A DNA stretch of 64,000 nt, from assembly GCF_000150275.1 (NCBI RefSeq), contig NW_002060943.1, positions 3,926,008 through 3,990,007 of the forward strand. The letters run 5' to 3'. Source of the DNA: Trichoplax adhaerens. Taxonomy: Eukaryota; Animalia; Placozoa. Shown piece after piece: positions 54,301 through 64,000 of the stretch. The notes below the pieces were generated by a model. The model had not been told where the DNA came from. It worked only from the letters and a program-made list of their open reading frames with translations, and did not search any database. The translations under genes and the position numbers were made by a program. Numbering within the stretch: position 1 is the first letter of the stretch; every line of letters starts with the position of its first letter.

Positions 54301-57300
54301 CTTTTACAAAGTTCTACATGTAAAGTTGTAAACTAGTAGTAAAAGAAATAGAATGAATTATAGCTTACTTGGATAGCTGTCGATAAAACTCTTCAACTAA
54401 TCCCGGTATCACATCATATTTCTCAAAGTATAATTCATCCATGCATCCTACCAATTTACAAATGTATTGCTCTGGCAAAGCTCTCCCACTACAGATAGTG
54501 CAGTAGTTATCGTCATCAAATTCGATGTAATCGTCCAGCAGATCCTGTTTAATTGCCCACACATTGGGTAACATTTGACGAGATATTTTGGCTAGGGGCC
54601 TACCATCGATACCCACTAAGGGAATGAAATGATTGCGAGCTGGATTACTCCATGCAAGCACAAGAGGTTTATGCAATCGCCCATCTTTGCCTTTACATTC
54701 GATTACGGTCGATAGAACGGGTAAAAAGATGGCAGAGTAGTCCACTGACGATTGCATGCCTTCCAAATTATCTAATAATAATATCGGTCGTTTGAGTATG
54801 TTGGCTAGACCAAAGATATGGACATTTCTTAATCCTAAACTTTCACCATTTCTAGGTACAAAGTCTGGATCAGCTTCCGCGATAATTTCCTGCCATTCGT
54901 CATCACTTATGAAATCCCGTAGTAATGATCGATATCGAGATTGGTTGCATTTTAAATGAAATCTGAGATTAACCCGTAAAGGATGCCAAAATAATTCACT
55001 GCCAACTAGAGCGCGAGAGATAGCGTGTACTAGGCAATGACCATCACCATCAACGTGAATAGGGACGATCACTTCTTGATTACATAAATGATTTAAAACT
55101 TTGAGCGTATCTTTTAAGTATTCAATCGATCCACTACGGTCACGTCCATAGCCTTAACAAAAAAATAATAATTAGCATATTTTATACGCACGAAACATCC
55201 TACGTTTTATGAACCTATCCATCATATTGTCATGATTAGTATGCAACTAAAAGGAAGTATGCAATGAAATTATAATAAGTGTGTAATAGATGGACATGTT
55301 AGGTAACTAGGCATACATAAGCTCTTTATAGTCAGTCTATCCAACTTTTGCAGTTACGATAGAAATGTTCAATATTTTCTATCACAACTAATGATCACTT
55401 TCTAATACGCACATCTGGAATGGAGTATAACTAACATTATTGATTAATAATCCTGTTTGCTGTATATTTTCTGACTTAAGGTTCAATTGCGATGATCCAT
55501 TCTATGGTAAAGTTTAACACTACACAGTATTCAACTAGCATAAATCGGGCTGATCGTGTCTGAAAATAGATTGTCAAGTTCAATAGACACTCCTGTAGTC
55601 ATGAATAAAGTATTGATTGAGTATTTGGTAATACATTAATGAATCAGTCTAATATTTGATCATCATGAACACTTAGATTGGCTGCCGTTGCAATGCTGTA
55701 AGGGGATAGTAATGGACGATGTAATAATATGAAGGAGATATTTTTTATCTTGACAGAATATCTACTGCAGTATGAGAATATGTCAGGATGTGCTCAGTAA
55801 GCTTGTATAGTGCTGTTGATAGGAGGAGTAATAATAGTTGTATCTTTTCTACAACTGCAGAAGTATTTCCATGCTTGCGTACAATTGGAGTAGCCAGTGA
55901 CAGTACTTATGCGTAATACCTTATAATGATTTTTTCCACGCGTATCATAACTATCGCATCAGATTTCCGCTGCTAGGTTCCTCAAAATAGCAGTTAAGGT
56001 CTGATCATCATCATTACATTATCTCTCCCATCTCTTGATATAATACATACGCGTATATATAATTAATCACTGATCCATTGGTTGATTTACATCAAGTGCT
56101 GCCACTGATACCGTCATATTTTGCTTTTTTTTGAAAGTTTCATTATAATCTACATCTGAAGGTAAAATCACCAGAATACACCATTGGAATACCGACTATA
56201 GACAATATATCGACATATGACATCGTTAGTAAACTTGGGCGCGCTTTCTTTGCTACCTCGAACATAGCCCTGTCGGCATTCGAGCATGGCTACCTAGAAG
56301 AAGTTATGCAAGTCGATTGATTCTTCCGTGTCAATCACCTTGTATAAAATAAAATTTCAATGAATACTTTCTACTAATAGCGTTTACGAAAACGCCAATC
56401 ATGATTGTGGACTATTAAGCCATCGGTAACCAATGACGCTATCTAATCATGCCCTTTAATATAGAAAAATGTTACAAGATTTGAAAGTATAACTTGGATG
56501 GTCAATATACAGCAGGGCTTGCAAGCAAATTGTATAAAGTTGACTAGCTATCGGTCATTACTGTATATAGGTAATCCATTTCATTGATACGAACATACAC
56601 AATATGATTGAAGAGTGGATACCGATGACTATTAAGTTAAGAATATTTTAAAAAAGTCAGAGGATTTGGATTTTATCTAATCCAGTGATAGCTAGTTATG
56701 ACGGTAATCGCCGTATGGCTGCAGGTTGGGTAAACTTGGTATACTCTTCAAGGCCAATACGTTTCTCACTTCATTTTCAATTACTTTGACAAATGGTAGA
56801 TTAAACAGGCTATTGCATTCTCCATAGTTGGTTGTATTGAATACGCGTATCTAATGTGAATTGCAGTTTAACCGTCAGCAGTTATCCCAATATCCCCTGT
56901 AGTGTTATATATATATATATATGGCATGATATACTGGTATATAGTATAGGGTACACTGGATGATGACCATTATTAAATGAATATTTCATATCGGATGAAT
57001 TTCAATAGTATCTTGACCATCAGTAATTCGTCAATATCCTATTTAATGTTAAGCAATTTATGTTGGCAACAACATAAAGTGAAATGAATTTATGATGCAC
57101 AATTTGGATGCGATCTATTACTGCTGCATGGTAATTTGGTAGTTGTTTGGACTATGTATTGGCATAAATTGTTGTTGTTCAATGAAAAAGATACGACTGT
57201 TATTGGTGTAGTCAATGAAAAGGGAATTGAAACGTTTATGTGGGCAATAGCAACTGGGAGGATGTGATTATCCAACTGCAGTGGTAATGGGATTAATAAA

Positions 57301-58323
57301 GATGAACAAATGGATTGATCAGTAACTTTTCAAAGGTGTGGGGAATTACTGCATTACTACTTTAGTCTAGTCGTACAGACGAAAAATGTTGCAATACTAC
57401 CATAGTCGAGTCGTTGATATTTACAGTAGGCAAAGAGAGAATGAACTAATGGATTGATCAGTAACTTTTCAAAGGTGTGGGGAATTACTGCATTACTACT
57501 TTAGTCTAGTCGTACAGGCGAAAATGTTGCAATACTACCATAGTCGAGTAGTCGATATTTACAGTAGGCAAAGAGAGAATGAACTAATGGATTGATCAGT
57601 AACTTTTCAAAGGTGTGGGGAATTACTGCATTACTACGAAAATGTTGCAATACTACCATAGTCGAGTAGTCGCTATTTACGGTAGGCAAAGAGAGTGGAA
57701 TGGACTATTGACATGATGAAGTAAAACAGCCACTGTTTAACAGCATAACATGATGGCATCGATCGTGCATAACCATTTATGTCAGCAATAAGAATGACAA
57801 GGTACGAGCAATACAAGACTGCATGACAACAATTTGAAGGTATGGAAGGATAAATACCTAGTATTGCTATCCTATCGGAATGGATTCGAAAGGCTCGATC
57901 AGCCAAGAGGGAACATTGAAATGGTTCAGCTTGGCTTAAATCTTTCAGGCGCACCGCTTTAGCCGTCTGTTTATGCATACCATAGTAAGTTAAAAGTGGT
58001 GATATTATTTTACAATGAAAATTGGATAATCCATTGACAACAACTAATTCATGGGCCATTTTTTTCTTGTCTGCGATCGATTGATCATTCTTGAATAATG
58101 ATTGCACCAGAGAATGGAGATGATGATCGCCTTTCCAATTGAACTGATCGACATGGTGTAACTTACTGACAGGATGAGTGGCGCTACAATTAGGGCAATC
58201 CACTTGAATGGTGGTGTTATCGAAGACCAAAGTGGTCGAGCTAAAAGGACACTGGCCAGTTAAGATTTCAAGCTGATTATAATTATCATGATGATTGCCT
58301 GGGTTACTGGCCATTTCATCCAT
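51355..58323 (-). CDS. VCPIP1: Deubiquitinase VCIP135 (OTU family, p97/VCP-interacting), multi-exon
   Basis: GLSNFHCKIISPLLTYYGM, GYGRDRSGS, IVPIHVDGDGHCLVHAISRALVG (catalytic Cys), GLRNVHIFGLAN, AWS..ARNHFIPLVG (catalytic His), ubiquitin-like/UBX region QRLRYGFPP. The last four small exons (to TGA 51355-51357) were joined by phase and are less certain. Confidence 0.93.
57303..57694. repeat. Tandem repeat, ~138-bp unit x3, in VCPIP1 intron 1
   Basis: atggattgatcagtaacttttcaaaggtgtggggaattactgcattactac...aaaatgttgcaatactaccatagtcgagt...taggcaaagagag three times; the third copy has a ~20-bp deletion. Confidence 0.93.
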
Positions 58324-58485
58324 GCCTGCTGTTGCAATAACTAATTTGATTTTGGACTTTCTCGCCTATTTTCTTTCAAGGGCTTTCTCGACCGTAGACT
58401 CGCGATGGTACAGTACTTGTCTACGGCGTACTGAACACGACGTTGTTTACTGTACTATCCGTCTGTCTATGCTTCGGCAATGCCT

Positions 58486-59213
58486 TGAATGGATCTCCAA
58501 GCGCTTTTGGATACCTGTATGGCTGTGTTAGGAGATTTGGGGACATGGACTAGCGATCGATAGTAGTAGTGGATGATCATTAAACCACTTAAGAAAGAAA
58601 GGGTAGACTGCTCCCATATCAACACTGTACTGGATGAATCTCCGAGCACTTTTGGATACCTGTATGGCTGTGTTAGGAGATTTGGGGACATGGACTAGCG
58701 ATCGATAGTAGTAGTGGATGATCATTAAACCACTTAAGAAAGAAAGGGTAGACTGCTCCCATATCAACACTGTACTGAATGAATCTCCAAGCACTTTTGG
58801 ATAAATGTATGGCTGTGTTAGGAGATTTGGGGACATGGATTAGCGACCGATAGTAGTAGTGGATGATCATTAAACCACTTAAGAAAGAAAGGGTGGACTG
58901 CTCCAATATCAACACTGTACTGAATGGATTTCCAAGCACTTTTGGATACCTGTATGGCTGTGTTAGGAGATTTAGGGACATGGACTAGCGATCGGATAAT
59001 AGTAGTGGATGATCATTAGTCCGCTGAATTAAGAAAGGGTAGACTGCTCTAATATCAACATTGTACTGAATGGATCTCCAAGCACTTTTGGATACCTGTA
59101 TGGCTGTGTTAGGAGACTGGGGGACATGGACTAGCGACCGGATAGTAGTAGTGGATGATCATTAGTCCGCTGAATTAAGAAAGGGTAGATTGCTCCAATA
59201 TCAACACTGTATT
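58486..59213. repeat. Tandem repeat, 145-bp unit x5, just upstream of VCPIP1
   Basis: Unit ...gcacttttggatacctgtatggctgtgttaggagatttggggacatggactagcga...tagtagtggatgatcatta...agaaagggtagactgctc..atatcaacactgtac; ORF-track coordinates repeat with a 145-nt offset. Confidence 0.96.
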
Positions 59214-59836
59214 GGATTGGAGTAGAGCTGGCATACCGAAAATAGTGTACGACTACTCGAATAGAATGATTTAGACTACAGTCCGTGAATAAAGCAACCC
59301 ATTCATTGACAGTATGGACAGGCTCAACGCCATTGCGCATCCTGTCATGATGTCGTTTCGAAAATGTCGAAGAGCACACCATCAAAAGAAAATGCTATGG
59401 TTAGCGCTAGATAGTGATACTCTTTAGATAGGCTGTAGCTACAACTTGAACTCTTCAAGTGGTGGCAAGCCTTATTAAAGAGGTTTTTTTCAAGTTGGAT
59501 TGGTTGTGCATGCCGTCTACTGTACAGTACTGTACAGTAAAATGGCCATCCTATATTGTAGGTACTGCAGTTGTCCACATTGTACAGTCCAAGATCACCG
59601 GTTACTGTGCTGTCTCATATCAATCTCTCTTTCTTTCAAGTACAGTAGACAATGTAGTAGAGGATAACTATTTGTGGACATCCTGCATGGATTAGCAGTG
59701 TTGAAGAATGGACTTACGTAAGCCTTGACAATTTCAACCATGAAAAAATTATTTTCCCTTATTCTCATCCAGAGATCGGACAAAACAACAACAGTGGGAT
59801 CGGACAGACACACCGGATCGACGAGAAACACCATGA

Positions 59837-59868
59837 CAAGTTTGTCTTGGTCTTACAAGACAAACTTG
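59837..59868. other. Perfect 13-bp-stem hairpin
   Basis: caagtttgtcttg-gtctta-caagacaaacttg, followed by tacagtactgtactacagtag. Confidence 0.88.
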
Positions 59869-60224
59869 ACCGACTACAGTACTGTACTACAGTAGAAAGA
59901 AATGGGCTACAGTACAGTGTACTGTAGCCTACCTAAAATGCATTGATCATCCAGAAGTCTGCACTCTGCAATATACCAGTGATGGACGGACACTACGACA
60001 CGGATATTGCCCAATGACCAAATGAGTTGTACATTGAGAACGTTCATGATCTGTCCATCACTGGTATGTACTGTCATTGGACTAGTCAATGCTTGGTAGT
60101 CGATGGTACTGTACAAGTGTGCATTTTTAGAGACCCTTAAAACGTACTGGAGTCCTTATGGTAGTCGTGGAAAAAGTTCATCGTGTGAACGTACCTTATT
60201 TAGTGTCCATGGTAAAAGATGGAT

Positions 60225-61200
60225 CAATACAGTACTGGAGGAACCGTTTTGGTAGGTACAGTACAGTAGTAGCACAGTAGGAACCGTTTGGGACCATTTA
60301 CTGTACTGAACTCCAGTACAGTACAGTACTACTACAGTATTTTGTAGTACTGTCCCCGTTACAGTACATTGTACTGTGTACAACACAGCTACTATGGAGA
60401 GAAATGGTGATGCTACAGTCTTCTGAATTTGTCCAGTCAGCACAATACTGTACAGTACTGTACACAGTAGTTCTATTTTGTAGTACTGTCCCGTTACAGT
60501 ACATTGCACTGTGTACAACACAGCTACTATGGAGAGAAATGGTGATGCTACAGTCTTCTGAATTTGTCCAGTCAGTACACTGTACTGTACTGTAGTTCTA
60601 TTTGTAGTAGTGTCTCCGTTACAGTACATTGTACTGTGTACTATACTGTACAGCTACTACAGTACAGTACAGTACAGTATGGAGAGAAATGGTAATGCTA
60701 CAGTCTTCTGAATTTGTCCAGTCAGTACAGTACTGTACTGTATTTTGTAGTACTGTCCCCGTTACAGTACATTGTACTGTGTACAACACAGCTACAGTAT
60801 GGAGAGAAATGGTGATGCTACAGTCTTCTGAATTTGTCCAGTCAGTACACTGTACACTGTACAGTACTGTAGTTCTATTTGTAGTAGTGTCTCCGTTACA
60901 GTACATTGTACTGTGTACTACACAGCTACTACAGTACAGTACTGTACTGTCCCCGTTACAGTACATTGTACTGTGTACAACACAGCTACAGTATGGAGAG
61001 AAATGGTGATGCTACAGTCTTCTGAATTTGTCCAGTCAGTACAGTACCGTACTGTACTGGAGGAATCGTTTTGGTAGTCCATTTACAGTACTGTACTGTA
61101 GCTCTACAGTATTTTGTAGTACTGTACCCTTACAGTAAATTGTACTGTGTACAACACAGCTACTATGCAGAGAAATGGTGATGCTACAGTCTTGTGTCCC
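60225..61200. repeat. Variable-length (~120-150 bp) tandem repeat saturated with TACAG/TACTG units, ~6 copies
   Basis: Constant core tatggagagaaatggtgatgctacagtcttctgaatttgtccagtcag and ccgttacagtacattgtactgtgtac; copies differ mainly in pentamer content. Confidence 0.93.
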
Positions 61201-62255
61201 GTAGAATACAGTACAAAGCTGGCGGCAACGATACGCCACTCGGCAGAGTATAAAAACCAAGCTCCACTTGGCAACTGCATCATTCTGCTCTGCTCTACCG
61301 TTTAAGCTGGTAAACTTTGTTGGTGCATTTGATGTACCAAATTGGAGTTTTTTTTTGTTAAAAAAATCTCTTCTGCTACTGGTAACCTTACCGCAAAAAG
61401 GGTACGTGCTTTTACTGAACGCACAGACTGTTGTGACAATTTAAATTAGAAGAAAACAAGCTGCATTTAAAACGCATTAATACTGCATCAGTTGAACGCT
61501 ATCTACGGATAGTGGTGATGAAAAAAAAAAAGTTGACTTTGTTAGCTTGAGTCGTGGCAAATTGCATTTGCAGTACAAAAGGTGATACAGACCAAGTCAA
61601 TTCTGGCAAGCCATAAAAAAAGTGTAAGATAAAAACCATCTGCATCCAAGAGATGCTCCAATGTGTGTGTCGAAAGACTGTAACTTAACCTACAAAGTGT
61701 ATTTATCAAGTTGTTATCTATGTTAACTTGTCGCTCTAAACTGATGCAACATTAATCCTCTCGTTGTACTACTAACGCTTTCTACTCATTAGTTTTACTA
61801 CGGCTATTTTACTCCAAAAAACCATTTCAAAATTGTTCATCAACTTTGTCAATATGATTGTACATTGTGGTACATAACCTTCTATCACACTCTACCAACT
61901 TGTCGACAATCACTTCCATCATACTTTGCAAAGTGTCAACGTGGAAAATTTTATAACCTATTTCATATCGATTGTAGCATTTTGCAAAAAGTGGTCATAG
62001 AGCCCCCCCCCAAAATTAACCATACCAATATTTGATACTACATTTACAACATAACTTCTACTCGACATTATTCATTCTATTCTACACCCATATTGACATC
62101 CAAAGTAGTGGAGATAGAGGTGTATCTAGGTATAGAATAGCGATCGATAGATATATATGCTCTAGACAATTACCTATCTAATAACTTTGTGTACTCTTAA
62201 TTCAACCATTGCATCCAATTCATTTCCAACCCCCCCAAAAAATAATAATAATATC

Positions 62256-63143
62256 ATGATGAATTGCGACGCCATCCAAAACGTCACCGAACGCCAAGAC
62301 AACGAAATCAACAATCAAATAAGTCATGATAGGAGCTATGCTATGATTCAGCAAGCCAATGCTAATCCTAGTGCAGAAAATAACCATCAAGCCTCCGCCA
62401 ATACTGATCCATCATCCTTCAAAGATGATGATGATCCATCTGTAGATGAATTGGAAGAAGGGGAAGTCATTTCATCGTGCGAATCGGATGGGGAATTGAA
62501 AAACGAAACTCCGAACCAAGAAACGCCTGATCGTAACTACCAGGACAATGCTGCTACTTTTTTCTCTCCTTCACTACCTGCTCAAGGAGAGAACAATCAT
62601 GACAGTAATTACAATACTGACCATCATTACCCTGATGTCAATAGAAGTCAGCGATTTTGTGCTTATCCTTCACTCAACGAAGATAAATTAAACCAATTGC
62701 AAAACGATCAAAGTAGTAAACCGCCAACAAAGAAAAAACGCGAGAATCGCTTTAGTAAGAAAAAACCCTCCAAGAATGCCCGTCGAAATAAAGCAGCACG
62801 ACAACGTGCTCGCACCGCTGCTGCTGCTACTGCGACTCCCACTGGCGCTGGTCGTGGTAGTTTTCATGCAAAAGCAAAGAATAAAAATAAGAAAGCACCA
62901 CCACCACCAGTAGAATCCAATCATTTCCCTCCTGGACCTGACATGGTTCATGGTAAGAAAGGCAAACCATCACTGCAAGCATCATCTCTTCTTTCTCGAC
63001 CATTACATCCTAACCACGATTCTATGCCACGACCAGAAACGATCTATCGTCGAGGACCTATGGACGATGTCGAAAACCCTATCGACGACTACGCGTATAC
63101 AACTGGTGGCTATCTGGAAGCAATGCATCCCCCTGTAGACAAG
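62256..63143 (+). CDS. First coding exon of a low-complexity, probably nuclear protein (acidic ELEEGEV motif, Lys/Arg-rich tract); possibly ZC3H4/ZC3H6/ZFC3H1-like; continues beyond the window
   Basis: Long open frame (361 codons in the track) in AT-rich DNA; first ATG at 62256; donor AAG|gtaaag at 63143/63144; DELEEGEVISS followed by KKKRENRFSKKK. No folded domain within the window. Confidence 0.6.
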
Positions 63144-64000
63144 GTAAAGTCGCCATTTTTCAATTCCAATCTTCCTTTCAATAAGCATGGCTATAATTAT
63201 CATTTTCCCCCAATCTTGTTGACGGTAGCGCACTTTCCCATGCATTGTACTACTACTGTACAGTACATATAACAGTGGGAATGATCATGTTCATCGTCAA
63301 TTCTTTGTAGTTTTCAACATTCATCAATGAATTCAAGAAATGCAATAGGCTACTCTACACAATCTATAGACTATATGATGGTATTTGAGCAACATCGAGT
63401 ATCCTTTCGTCTTGTCGACTGTTCGATAGATCTGTATGAAATGAACAACTAACTCATTAGCTTATAGGGAAGCCTTTTCTTCTCCGATACGTCCAATACA
63501 CTACAGTACTGTATACTAACGCCTTGTAGCCCATGGCAACCTACTGTATCAGCGAGGCAGTGATTTGACATGGCTACTGTAGCTACCATGATGGCAGCAC
63601 TTCGTCCTACAGCGCTTTTTATGATGAGGATGATGATTGATAAACATAAAGTGTGCCTATTTTTAAACTCCAGTTCCGCAAAAATTCCATTCCACTCTCA
63701 TAAAATAGTGACAAATTGATTAACGACAATATTAACTTGTAAATATGCATATAGATAGAATAGAAGTGAACATGACCTACTGGTAATTCATTCGATTGTA
63801 TATCATAAAGATAGTTAAAGAGTGGTTACAATTAGTTGATATACATACAAGTGCTACGCTAGAACGTTAAAACTTGACCAATTCATAGGTTGCAATGATC
63901 GGAGAGTAATGTCACTTTTTATCTTATCCCATAATGGACGCTTCATATGGAGCCATATGAGCACCAATTGATGTATAACCACAGTCAAGATACTGTACTT

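Noticed and set aside
58560-59200. Possible tandem C/D-box snoRNA array (GGATGA...CTGA)
   Set aside because: Non-canonical C box, D box missing in copies 1 and 5, no terminal stem and no recognisable rRNA guide.
57303-59213. CRISPR-like periodicity
   Set aside because: Whole units repeat with no unique spacers; eukaryotic context and no cas genes.
58295-61260. Many 60-157 aa ORFs
   Set aside because: Translations of tandem repeats; frames shift with the repeat period.

Overview
AT-rich (roughly one-third GC), intron-dense eukaryotic DNA from a compact animal genome. Short (~80-130 nt) GT-AG introns and the gene set suggest an early-branching metazoan, most plausibly a placozoan (Trichoplax-like); this taxonomic call is inference. 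Genes in order: MPPED1/2-like metallophosphoesterase (-), white-like ABCG half-transporter (-), RP2 (-), two convergent spermine/polyamine oxidase paralogs with intronless CDSs (+/-), AASS (+), PPP1R2 (+), PKMYT1 (+), VCPIP1 (-), and the first exon of an acidic/basic low-complexity protein with an EEGEV motif (+, runs off the window). Most short ORFs in the track are spurious. The most striking non-genic signal is dense mixed-orientation arrays of TA-CAG-TA / TA-CTG-TA (plus TA-CAGTG-TA, TA-CCG-TA) clustered at most gene starts. Comparing copies of local repeats shows these units as extra sequence at TA dinucleotides, which matches Tc1/mariner excision footprints, apparently stacked recursively at promoters. 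Other items: a ~350-bp foldback element, short perfect hairpins beside the arrays, a GC-rich multi-hairpin ncRNA candidate upstream of PKMYT1, microexons, two GC-AG introns, a Myt1 kinase with no visible transmembrane segment, and four 120-145-bp tandem repeats. Exon models were built by hand and need RNA-seq confirmation.
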